Positions 48,149 through 56,672 of a stretch of DNA of 64,000 nt are shown here, one piece after another. Each line of letters starts with the position of its first letter. The first letter of the stretch is position 1. The stretch covers positions 3,423-67,422 of the forward strand of contig CAXSFZ010000007.1 of NCBI GenBank assembly GCA_964236905.1. The letters are read 5' to 3'. The stretch comes from an uncultured Solirubrobacteraceae bacterium. Its GTDB lineage: Bacteria > Actinomycetota > Thermoleophilia > Solirubrobacterales > Solirubrobacteraceae. Position numbers and translations under genes: made by a program. Below the pieces are notes generated by a model, which was not told the origin of the DNA, did no database searches, and was given only the letters and a program-made list of their open reading frames with translations.

Positions 48149-50257
48149 ATGTCGACACCGACGCTCTCCCTGCCCTTCCGCGCCCCCGCGGAGGGGCGCA
48201 CCCTCGCCCGCGTGCGCGTCGGCGTGCCCCGCCCCGAGCTGCTCCTGCTGCTCGTCGTCGCCGGGGTGCTCGACCTGTGGGGCCTCAGCCGCAACGGCGA
48301 CGCGAACGAGTACTACGCGGCCGCCGTCCACTCCATGACGCAGAGCTGGCACGCCTTCCTGTACGGCTCCTTCGACACCGCCGGGGTGATGACGGTGGAC
48401 AAGCCGCCGCTGGCGCTCTGGGTCCAGGCCCTCTCGGCGCGGCTGTTCGGCTTCTCGTCGTGGAGCCTGCTCGTGCCGCAGGCGCTGATGGGGGTGGCCA
48501 CCGTGGGCTTCACCTACGACCTGGTGCGCCGGCGCTTCGGCCGGGCCGCGGGCTTCGCGGGCGGGCTCGTGCTCGCGCTCACGCCGGTCACCGTCGCGCT
48601 CTCGCGCCACAACAACCCCGACGCGCTGCTCACCCTGTGCTGCGTCGTCGCGCTGTGGGCCGTGGTGCGTGCGCTGGAGGACGGGCGCACGCGCTGGCTC
48701 GTGCTCAGCGGGATCATGGTCGGGCTCGGCTTCGAGGCGAAGATGGCCGCCGCGCTGCTCGTGGTGCCCGGCCTGGTGGCCGCCTACGGGTGGGTCGCCC
48801 CGCGCGGCCGGCGCACGGCGGTGCGCCAGCTCGGCCTCGGTGGCGCGGCGCTGGCCGTGGTCGGGCTGGCCTGGCCCGTGCTCGTGTGGCTCACGCCGGC
48901 GGGCTCGCGGCCCTGGGTCTCCGGGACCGACGACAACTCGATCTGGTCGCTGATCCTCGGCTACAACGGCCTCGGCCGGCTCTTCGGGCAGGACGGCGGC
49001 CCCGGCGGCGGGACCGGGGCGGGCGGCGGTGGCGCGGGCGCCGCGGCCGGCGGCGGAGGCGGCGGCTTCGGCGGCGGAGGACCGGGTGGCGGCGGTGGCC
49101 TCTTCGGCGGCGACACCGGGCCCTTCCGGCTGCTCAACGAGGCGCTCGGCGGCCAGGCGGGCTGGGTGCTGGGCAGCGCCGTGGTCGCGGGGGTGGGCGT
49201 GCTCGTCGCCTCGCGGCTGCGCCGCACGGACGCCCGCACGGGCTGGCTGATCGCCGCGGGCGGGGCGTTCCTGGTCATCGCGGTGGCCTTCTCGCGCGCC
49301 GAGGGGATCTTCCACCCCTACTACGTCTCGCTGCTCGCGCCGTTCACCGCGGCCCTGGTCGGGGCGGGAGTCGGCGAGCTGCTCAAGGGCGGGCTCGCCG
49401 CCCGGGTGCTCGGGCCGGCGATGGTCGTCGCGGGGGTCGTGACCGAGCTCGTCGTGCTCCACGACAACCCGGGCGAGCTCGCCTGGGTGCCGGCCGTCCT
49501 CGTGGTCGGCGGCGCGACGGCCTCGGTGCTCATGGCCTCCGGCCTGCGCTCCCGGGCCCGCGCCGGCCTGGTGGCGGCGGTGCTCGGGCTGCTGCTGATC
49601 GCGCCGGGCGCCTGGGCCGTGCAGACCCTGGGCCACGCGACCAGCTCGACCTTCCCGGCGGGCGGCCCCGCCTCCGCCGGCGGAGGCTTCGGCGGCGGCC
49701 CGGGTGGCGGCGGGCGGCGGCTCGGCGGCGGGACGCCCGGCGCGTCGTCGCAGGCGCAGCCGGGCGGCTTCGGCGGCCCGCCCCCGGGGCTGCAGAGCGG
49801 GACGCTGCCCGGCGGCAGCGGCGCGGGTGCGCTCCCCGGCGCCGGCACGGGCGCCGCGGGCGCGACGGGCGGCGGCGCAGGCGGCGGGATGTTCGGCGGC
49901 AACGCCAACGTCAGCCAGGCGCTGGCCTACGCCAAGGCCCACGGCGGCGGGACCGTCGCGGTCTCGAGCCAGAACGGCGCCGCCGGCACGCTCGTGAGCT
50001 CCGGGGCGGACCTCGCGGCGATCGGCGGCTTCTCCGGCCGCGAGAGCCAGGTGAGCGTCTCCTGGCTCGCCGACGCGGTCGAGAGCGGCAAGATCCGCTG
50101 GCTCCTCACCGACTCGAGCGGCGCCGGGCGCCAGGACGGGCGGATCGGCTCCTCGGAGGTGATGGCCGTGGCGGCGAAGGTCGGCACCGCCGTCCCGAGC
50201 GTCGACGGGCTCTACGACCTCAAGGGCCTGGCGGCCGCGCTGCGGGCGGCCGGCTGA
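48149..50257 (+). CDS. ArnT/PMT-like (GT-C, YkcB-like) membrane glycosyltransferase with Gly-rich loops
   Basis: NEYYAAAV, VDKPP, RHNNPD, GYNGLGR, FHPYY, IGGFSG. Confidence 0.88.
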   Translation: MSTPTLSLPFRAPAEGRTLARVRVGVPRPELLLLLVVAGVLDLWGLSRNGDANEYYAAAVHSMTQSWHAFLYGSFDTAGVMTVDKPPLALWVQALSARLFGFSSWSLLVPQALMGVATVGFTYDLVRRRFGRAAGFAGGLVLALTPVTVALSRHNNPDALLTLCCVVALWAVVRALEDGRTRWLVLSGIMVGLGFEAKMAAALLVVPGLVAAYGWVAPRGRRTAVRQLGLGGAALAVVGLAWPVLVWLTPAGSRPWVSGTDDNSIWSLILGYNGLGRLFGQDGGPGGGTGAGGGGAGAAAGGGGGGFGGGGPGGGGGLFGGDTGPFRLLNEALGGQAGWVLGSAVVAGVGVLVASRLRRTDARTGWLIAAGGAFLVIAVAFSRAEGIFHPYYVSLLAPFTAALVGAGVGELLKGGLAARVLGPAMVVAGVVTELVVLHDNPGELAWVPAVLVVGGATASVLMASGLRSRARAGLVAAVLGLLLIAPGAWAVQTLGHATSSTFPAGGPASAGGGFGGGPGGGGRRLGGGTPGASSQAQPGGFGGPPPGLQSGTLPGGSGAGALPGAGTGAAGATGGGAGGGMFGGNANVSQALAYAKAHGGGTVAVSSQNGAAGTLVSSGADLAAIGGFSGRESQVSVSWLADAVESGKIRWLLTDSSGAGRQDGRIGSSEVMAVAAKVGTAVPSVDGLYDLKGLAAALRAAG

Positions 50258-50298
50258 GGCCCGACCGGCCGCGGGCCACGCGAGCCGGGTCCGCGGCG

Positions 50299-51225
50299 CT
50301 ACGGGGCGAGCGCCGGGCCCGGCTCGAGCGTCACGTGCGAGCCGTCGTCCAGCACGATCACGCCGCCGTGCACGAGCCAGCCCGGCGCGGCGGCGGGGCC
50401 GGCGAGCACGGCGGCCTTCGCGCGCGCCTCCGCCTCGGCGCCCGTGGGCGCGAGCGCGGTGGCCTGGACCACCCCGGTGAAGGCCGGCCGCCCCGTCGCC
50501 GGGTCGAGCAGGTGGTGGGCCGGGCGGGAGTCCGGGCCGAGCCAGGCGCGCCGCCCGATGCCGCTCGTCGCGACCCCGCCCGCGCGCAGCAGGAAGCGGT
50601 GCAGGCGCTCGGGGCCGAACGGGGAGCGGACCTCGACGGGGCGCGGGGCACGGGCGCTCCCGCCCACGCGCAGGTCTCCGCCGCAGTCGACGACGAAGCT
50701 CGGGTGGGCGGCGAGCCGCGCGCCGACGACGTCGGCGAAGAGCCCCTTCACGATCCCGCCCGAGTCGAGCGCGAGCCCGGGCGGGCGCCGGACGAGCTCA
50801 CCCTCGACCGCCAGCGCCCGCCAGGCCGCGGCGGGGTGGGGCCTCGCGGGCGCCCGCGGGCCGGCGAGGCGCAGGGCGAGGCGGAGCTCGAGCGGGGCGC
50901 CGAGCTCGCCGCGGTAGCCCGCGCGCTCGATGTCCCGGAGGAGCGTCGGATCCACGAGCCCGCCGGTCAGCTCGGCCGCCGCGCGGGCGGCCGCGGCGAA
51001 GCGGGCCATGAGCGGCGTGACCGGGACCGCCGCGCGCGGATCGGCGTTCAGCCGGGCGAGCTCGGACTCCGCGCTGAACCGCGTGAAGCGCCCGTGCCAG
51101 GCCAGCAGCGCGTCGCGCGCGGCGTCGGCCGCGGAGGCCGCGGAGCGCCCGTCGGGCGCCGGCCCGCCCACCTGGACCGCGCACTCGGTGCCGAAGCAGG
51201 CGAAGGTCCGGTGGGCGGATGGCAC
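50299..51225 (-). CDS. apbE: FAD:protein FMN transferase
   Basis: FGT, RFSAESEL, DPT, DSGGIVKG, GGDL, ATSG, HHLLDPATG; no signal peptide evident. Confidence 0.9.
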   Translation of the reverse strand: MPSAHRTFACFGTECAVQVGGPAPDGRSAASAADAARDALLAWHGRFTRFSAESELARLNADPRAAVPVTPLMARFAAAARAAAELTGGLVDPTLLRDIERAGYRGELGAPLELRLALRLAGPRAPARPHPAAAWRALAVEGELVRRPPGLALDSGGIVKGLFADVVGARLAAHPSFVVDCGGDLRVGGSARAPRPVEVRSPFGPERLHRFLLRAGGVATSGIGRRAWLGPDSRPAHHLLDPATGRPAFTGVVQATALAPTGAEAEARAKAAVLAGPAAAPGWLVHGGVIVLDDGSHVTLEPGPALAP

Positions 51226-51264
51226 CCGGGCAGCGTGGCAGCGCGGGCCTCGGCCGGCCTCGGC

Positions 51265-51292
51265 TCCCAGCGTCCTCTCAGGCTGCTCTCAT
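51265..51292 (+). promoter_or_regulatory. OmpR/PhoB-type (MprA-like) triple direct repeat
   Basis: TCCCAG-N5-TCTCAG-N5-TCTCAT with 11-bp period in the apbE divergent region. Confidence 0.65.
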
Positions 51293-51325
51293 CGCCGGGA
51301 CAGGCCCGCCGCCCATGCTCCACCC

Positions 51326-51712
51326 ATGCCCGAACCCGCCTCCGAGGACCGCCGCGAGCGCGCCGCCCGCGCCCTCGCCGCCCGCCGCACGCGCCTGCGC
51401 TCGATGCGCCGCCGCAGTGGCGCCGCCGCGCTGGCCACCTTCGCGCTGGCCTTCGGCGTCCTCGTGATCGACGAGCCGCCGGCGACGACGAGCACCGCCG
51501 CGACGGCGCCCGCCACCTCCTCGACGACGAGCGGGACCACCACCGGCGCCGGCACGGGCACCGGCACCACGGCGGACGACGGCACCGCGAGTGACGACGC
51601 GACCGCGAGCGACGACGGCACCGCGAGCGACGACGCGACCGCCAGCGACGACGCCACCGCGAGCGACGACGACCAGGCCGAGCTCCCGGCCGTCACCACC
51701 CAGGCCTCCTGA
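51326..51712 (+). CDS. Small membrane-anchored Ser/Thr/Asp-rich repeat protein
   Basis: Arg-rich N-terminus, one TM helix, Thr-rich linker, (DDxTAS)5, C-terminus VTTQAS; TGATG coupling to the next gene. Confidence 0.75.
   Translation: MPEPASEDRRERAARALAARRTRLRSMRRRSGAAALATFALAFGVLVIDEPPATTSTAATAPATSSTTSGTTTGAGTGTGTTADDGTASDDATASDDGTASDDATASDDATASDDDQAELPAVTTQAS
51575..51664 (+). repeat. Five 18-bp in-frame tandem repeats (DDGTAS/DDATAS)
   Basis: gacgacg(gc/cg/cc)accgc(g/c)ag(t/c) x5. Confidence 0.9.
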
Positions 51713-52260
51713 TGCTCGCCGCGACCCACCTGGCCTGGACCACGAGCCGGGCGGCCGGCATCGCGGCGCTGCTGTGCTCGAGCGCCTCCGTCGGGCTCGG
51801 CCTGCTCATGGCCACCCGCCTGCTGCGGGGCCGGCTCACCGACCTGCGCACGGTGCACGAGGCGCTCTCGCTGGCCACGCTGACCGCGCTGCTCGTCCAC
51901 GTCGTCACGCTGCTGCTCGACACCTGGCTCCGGCCCGGCCTGCGCGACGTGCTCGTCCCCTTCACGCTCGACTACCGCCCGCTGTGGACCGGCCTCGGGA
52001 CCCTGGGCGGCTACCTCCTGGTGACGCTCGGCCTCACCTACTACGTCCGGGACCGGATCGGGCCGGCCCGCTGGCGGCGCCTGCACCGCTTCGCGGCGCT
52101 CGGGTGGCTGCTGGCCGTCGTGCACAGCCTGGGCGCCGGCTCCGACGCGGGCCGCCCGTGGTTCCTGGCCGCGCTCGGTCTCGTCGCCCTGCCCGCGGCC
52201 GCGCTGCTCGTGGTGCGCTGGCTGCCGCGGCCGGCGGCCCGCGACGCCGTCCCCGTGTAG
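51712..52260 (+). CDS. Ferric reductase-like transmembrane (MsrQ-like) cytochrome b
   Basis: SRAAG, HEALS, HVVTL, WRRLH, VHSLGAGSD; four conserved-looking His. Confidence 0.85.
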   Translation: MLAATHLAWTTSRAAGIAALLCSSASVGLGLLMATRLLRGRLTDLRTVHEALSLATLTALLVHVVTLLLDTWLRPGLRDVLVPFTLDYRPLWTGLGTLGGYLLVTLGLTYYVRDRIGPARWRRLHRFAALGWLLAVVHSLGAGSDAGRPWFLAALGLVALPAAALLVVRWLPRPAARDAVPV

Positions 52261-52291
52261 GCGCGAATCCCCGGCGCCTAGCATCGGCGGG

Positions 52292-52921
52292 GTGCTGGCC
52301 CCCGCCGCCCTCCTCGACGTCGCCCAGCACGTCGGCCTCCCGCTCCTGTTCGCCCTCATCGCCCTCGAGACGATGGGGGTCCCGCTCCCGGGCGAGACCG
52401 CGCTCGTCACCGCGGGCGTGCTGGCCTCCCAGGGGCGGCTCGCGATCGAGGAGGTGATCGTGGTCGCCGCGCTCGCCGCCGTGCTCGGCGACAACGTGGG
52501 CTACCTGCTCGGTCGGCGCTACGGGCGCCGGCTCTTCACGATGCCCGGCCCGCTCGCCGGCCACCGGGCGAAGGTCATCGAGGTCGGCGAGCCGTTCTTC
52601 GACCGTCACGGGCCCAAGGCCGTGTTCCTCGGCCGGTGGATCAGCGGCCTGCGGATCACCGCCGCGTGGATGGCCGGGATCAACCGCATGCGGTGGCCGA
52701 CCTTCACGGCCTGGAACGCGCTCGGCGGCGCGGCCTGGGCGACCTCCTTCGGGCTCCTGGCCTACTACGCCGGCGACGACGCCGAGCGGATCGTCCGGAC
52801 GGCCGGCCTGGGAGGGGTGGCGGCGGTGGCGCTATTGCTCATCGTCGTGCTGGTGGTCCGCCGGCGGCGGGCGGAGCGCCGGACGCGGGAGCTGGCCGCC
52901 GGCGAGGCCGGCCGCGCCTGA
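52292..52921 (+). CDS. DedA family protein
   Basis: ETMGVPLPGET, GDNVGY, FLGRWISGLR. Confidence 0.92.
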   Translation: MLAPAALLDVAQHVGLPLLFALIALETMGVPLPGETALVTAGVLASQGRLAIEEVIVVAALAAVLGDNVGYLLGRRYGRRLFTMPGPLAGHRAKVIEVGEPFFDRHGPKAVFLGRWISGLRITAAWMAGINRMRWPTFTAWNALGGAAWATSFGLLAYYAGDDAERIVRTAGLGGVAAVALLLIVVLVVRRRRAERRTRELAAGEAGRA

Positions 52922-52950
52922 GGCGCGCCCGCCGGCGCCGCTCGGCCCGC

Positions 52951-55035
52951 CTACGCCGCGAGCGTGGCCGGCACGAGGCCCCGGAGCGCCGAGCTCACCC
53001 GGAGACCCTCGGCGGCGAGCAGCCGCGCGAGGTCCACCGGCTCGGCGGAGCACCGCGGCTCCTCGGCCAGGAGCGCCGCCCGCGTCACGCCCGGCAGCAG
53101 CCGGCCGTCCGCGGGCGGGGTCACGAGCCGCTCGCCCTCCTGGAGCCAGACGCTCGCCCACGCCGCCTCGAGCACCGCGCCGTCGCCGTCGACGAGGAGC
53201 GGCACGGCTCCGAGGCCCGCGGCGAGCGCGTCGAGGAGCCGGCGATCGGCCCACTTGTGGGCGCCGAGCCCACCGGGCAGCAGGACGGGCGCGAGCACGA
53301 CGCTCCCCGCGGCGGCCGGGAACGGCCCGGATCGGGTGGTCAGCGCGCCGCCGGCCCCGAGGTCGAGCCGCAGGCGCCCCGTGCCGGCGGCGCGCGCCGC
53401 CGCCTCCACGCGAACGCGCAGGTCGGCGGGGAGCTCCAGGCCGAGCGCCTCCGCGCCCGCCCGGAGCCGCGCGAGGTGCTGCTCCAGCCGTGCGGGCGCC
53501 CCGCCGCGGACGGCGAGCGTCTCGAAGAGGCCGCGCGCCGGATCCGGCCGCTCGCGCCCGGCGGCCAGCGCCACGGGCAGGCGGTCGAGCTCGCGAGGCG
53601 CCACCCCGCCGGCGCGCCGCCCGCGGCCCCGAGCGCCCACCGCGGGCGCCGGGTCCGCGCCCGCGGCGCCCGCGGTGGGCAGCACCGCCCCGCCCAGCGC
53701 CAGGAGCGGCGCCACCTTGGTGCGGCACTCCTCGAGCTCCGCCGCCGGGTCGGAGGCGGCGGTGACACCCCCGCCGACGCCGAGCTGCACCCGGTCGCCG
53801 ACGAGCTCGAAGGTCCTGATCGCGACGCTCAGCTCGAGCCCGGCCACCGGGCTGGCGTAGCCGATCGCGCCCGTGTAGAGCTCCCGCGCCGAGCCCTCGA
53901 GCTCGGCGATGACCCGCAGCGCCTGGACCTTGGGCGCGCCCGTCACCGAGCCCGGGGGGAACGTCGCGCGCAGCAGCCCGCCGTCCGCGACCTCGCGCCG
54001 CAGGGTGCCGGCCACCTCGCTGACGAGATGCGCCACGCCCGCTCCCGGGCGCACCTCGGCGAGCGCCCCGACCCTGACCGAGCCGAACTCCGCCACGCGA
54101 CCCACGTCGTTGCGCATGAGGTCGACGATCATCACGTTCTCCGCCCGGTCCTTGCCCGAGGACGCGAGCGCCGCGGCCTCGCCGGCCGGCGCGGTGCCCT
54201 TGATCGGCGCGCTGCGGACCTCGCGGCCCACCCGCCGCAGGAACAGCTCCGGCGACGCGCTGACCGCCGCGCCCCACGGCCCCTGGAGGAGCGCGCCGTG
54301 GGCGGGGGCGAGCGCCTCGGCCGCCGCGACGGCGAGGTCGGCGGGGCGCCCGTCGAGCGTCGCGTCCACGTGCAGGCAGACGTTGACCTGGAAGACCTCC
54401 CCCGCCGCGATGCGCTCCCGGCAGGCCGCCACCGCCCGCTCGTGCCCCGCCGCCCCGGGCGCGCGCAGCCGCGCATCGCGCAGCCGGACCGGGCGCGGGC
54501 GCGGCGCGGCGGCGAGCCGCGCGGCGAGCTCGTCCCGGCGCGCACGGAGCTCCGCGGCCCGCTCCGGCGTCGTGAGCGCCTCGAACCACCAGCCGCCCTT
54601 CGCGTCGCAGACGAGCACGTGGTCGTGGTAGGCGAGCGGCGCGGCCGGGAGCCCGAGCCGCCGGGGCGGCCCGGGCACCGTGGGCTCCACCCGGCCGGCC
54701 AGCGCGAAGCCCAGCGCGCCGAACCACCCTCCGCCGACGAGCACGCCCGGGTCGCTTCCGGCCGGCTCGAGCACCGGGAGCCGCTCCAGCGCGGCGAACG
54801 GGTCCTCGCCCCGGCCGAGCCGCAGGAGCGGCGCCGCCCCGACCACCGCCCGCGCGCCCGCCCAGCCTCCGCTGAGCGCGAAGGCGTCGCGCTCCCCGGC
54901 GACCAGGAGCGCCGCCCGCGCCGCGGGCAGGCGCCCCGGCAGCCGCTCCCGGATGGCCCGGGCGCGCGCGGGCACGCCGCGCGCGGCGGGGACGTCGGCC
55001 TCCCGCGGTCCGGACGTGAGCGAGGGCACGGCCAC
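52951..55035 (-). CDS. Fused aminodeoxychorismate synthase component I / class IV aminotransferase (ADC lyase)
   Basis: SPELFL, PIKGT, KDRAENVMIVDLMRND, FPPGSVTGAPK; C-domain GLFET, HLARL, HKWADR, LPGVTR. Confidence 0.85.
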   Translation of the reverse strand: MAVPSLTSGPREADVPAARGVPARARAIRERLPGRLPAARAALLVAGERDAFALSGGWAGARAVVGAAPLLRLGRGEDPFAALERLPVLEPAGSDPGVLVGGGWFGALGFALAGRVEPTVPGPPRRLGLPAAPLAYHDHVLVCDAKGGWWFEALTTPERAAELRARRDELAARLAAAPRPRPVRLRDARLRAPGAAGHERAVAACRERIAAGEVFQVNVCLHVDATLDGRPADLAVAAAEALAPAHGALLQGPWGAAVSASPELFLRRVGREVRSAPIKGTAPAGEAAALASSGKDRAENVMIVDLMRNDVGRVAEFGSVRVGALAEVRPGAGVAHLVSEVAGTLRREVADGGLLRATFPPGSVTGAPKVQALRVIAELEGSARELYTGAIGYASPVAGLELSVAIRTFELVGDRVQLGVGGGVTAASDPAAELEECRTKVAPLLALGGAVLPTAGAAGADPAPAVGARGRGRRAGGVAPRELDRLPVALAAGRERPDPARGLFETLAVRGGAPARLEQHLARLRAGAEALGLELPADLRVRVEAAARAAGTGRLRLDLGAGGALTTRSGPFPAAAGSVVLAPVLLPGGLGAHKWADRRLLDALAAGLGAVPLLVDGDGAVLEAAWASVWLQEGERLVTPPADGRLLPGVTRAALLAEEPRCSAEPVDLARLLAAEGLRVSSALRGLVPATLAA

Positions 55036-55104
55036 GCGTCCATCATCGCGCACGGCCGGCGCGCCGCCCCGGCCACGCCGCCACGCCGCCTGCGCCGTCG
55101 CCCC

Positions 55105-55229
55105 GCCGCCGAGCGGGCCGCACCGGTCGCAGAGCGACCGCCTCGGCCCCCTCGACGCATGGGCGCCGCGCCGCGGGCCGCCGAACGGGCCGCACCGGTC
55201 GTGGAGCGACCGCCTCGGCCCCCTCGACG
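55105..55229. repeat. Two ~53-bp direct repeats, 72-bp period, each with an internal hairpin
   Basis: gccgccga(g/a)cgggccgcaccggtcg(ca/tg)gagcgaccgcctcggccccctcgacg at 55105 and 55177. Confidence 0.8.
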
Positions 55230-55321
55230 GACGGAGCATGCTCCCGCCGGCACCCGGCAGCGCGCGCACCGCCAGCGCGCGCACCGCCGCCGCCGCGCGC
55301 CGCCGCCCGCCCCGCGCCGGC

Positions 55322-55918
55322 TCAGGTCGCGAGTCGCGGGCCCGTGAGCGCCGCGGGCGCGGTGCGCTCGCGCGCGAGGAGGCGCGCGGCGAGGAGCCCG
55401 CCGAGCGCGCCGAAGAGGTGCGCCTGCCAGGAGATCCCCTCCTGGGGGACGAGCCCGCCGAGCAGCGCGGTCCCCCAGATCGCGCCGACCACCACGCCGA
55501 CCACGAGCTCGAGCGCACTCCGGTCGAAGAGGCCGCGGAAGAGCAGGTAGCTCGCGTAGCCGAAGACGAGGCCGCTGGCTCCGAGCGTCACCGAGCCCGC
55601 CGGCGCGATGAGCCAGACGCCGAGGCCACTCACCAGCCCCACGATCGCGGTGACGAGCAGCACGCGCGCCGCCCCGCTCAGGGCGATCGCCGCACCCAGC
55701 ACCGCGAAGGGCACCGTGTTGGAGATCAAGTGGTCGAAGCCCAGGTGGAGGAACGGCGCGGAGACCACCTCGGGCAGGCCCTCGGCGGAGCGCGGGTCGA
55801 TGCCGTAGGCGTCGAGGCGGTGGCCGGCGATGACGTCGACCACCTCGAGCAGCCACATCAGGGCGATCATCGCCGCGACGACCAGCAGGCCGTCGCGCTG
55901 CTTCTCCCGTCGATCCAT
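55322..55918 (-). CDS. Rhomboid family intramembrane serine protease
   Basis: FLH..HLISN, GASG, SWQAHLFG. Confidence 0.92.
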   Translation of the reverse strand: MDRREKQRDGLLVVAAMIALMWLLEVVDVIAGHRLDAYGIDPRSAEGLPEVVSAPFLHLGFDHLISNTVPFAVLGAAIALSGAARVLLVTAIVGLVSGLGVWLIAPAGSVTLGASGLVFGYASYLLFRGLFDRSALELVVGVVVGAIWGTALLGGLVPQEGISWQAHLFGALGGLLAARLLARERTAPAALTGPRLAT

Positions 55919-56092
55919 GCGCTCCAGGATGGCAGCGCCGCCTCAAGCGCGCCTCAGGCCGGCGCCGCTCGCGACGGCCGGGCGTCCCCGGGACCGACAT
56001 GGAGCCCTGCCCGTGGAGGAACGAGTCGATCCTGACGCGCGCGGCCGAACCTGCGGGTGATCCGCTCGGCTGCGGGCGGTGCACCGCCGCGC

Positions 56093-56662
56093 CTAGCCAG
56101 CGCCCGCCGGCGACGCGGCCGGTGCCGCCGCCCACATCGCGGCGTAGCCCCGCGCGAGCTCCTCGAGGCGGTGGTGCGCGTTGCGGCCGCTCGGGTTGGG
56201 GAGCACCCACAGCGGCCGGCCGCCGAGCCGCTCGCGCTGCCGGCCGGCGGCGGCGCCCGGGCGGGCGAAGGCCGCCCGGTAGGCGGTCAGGCCGACCACC
56301 GCGACGAGCCCGGGCCGGAGCTCCAGCACGCGCTGCTCGAGCGCGAGCGCGCCGGCCAGCAGCTCCCCCGGCGTGAGCTCGTCCGCGCGGGCGGTGGGCC
56401 GGGCGCAGAGGTTCGTGAGCCCCACGCCGAGCGCCAGCAGCTCCCCCTGCTCGGCCGGGAGCAGGCGCCGCGGGGTGATGCCGGCGAGGTGGAGCGCCGG
56501 CCAGAAGCGGTTGCCCGGCCGGGCGAAGTGGTGCCCGGTCTCCGCCGAGCGCACGGACGGGTTGATGCCGGCGAGCAGCACCCGCAGCCCCGGGGCGAGC
56601 AGATCCGGGAGCGGCTGGGCGGCGGGGGCTCCGGCGCCGCCGGCCGCGTCAGGGCTCACCAC
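56093..56662 (-). CDS. mug: G/U mismatch-specific DNA glycosylase
   Basis: GINP, GHHFARPGNRFW, LPNPSG. Confidence 0.9.
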   Translation of the reverse strand: MVSPDAAGGAGAPAAQPLPDLLAPGLRVLLAGINPSVRSAETGHHFARPGNRFWPALHLAGITPRRLLPAEQGELLALGVGLTNLCARPTARADELTPGELLAGALALEQRVLELRPGLVAVVGLTAYRAAFARPGAAAGRQRERLGGRPLWVLPNPSGRNAHHRLEELARGYAAMWAAAPAASPAGAG

Positions 56663-56672
56663 GCGACCGAGG

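Noticed and set aside
48990-49900. Gly-rich low-complexity tracts as a separate repeat element
   Set aside because: In-frame linkers typical of this ArnT/YkcB-like family
46115-50257. 1380-aa giant protein
   Set aside because: Only 48149 onward is real; the upstream part overlaps the AKR and GT2 genes in other frames
55105-55229. Possible CRISPR array
   Set aside because: Only two units, repeat longer than spacer, and no cas genes in the window
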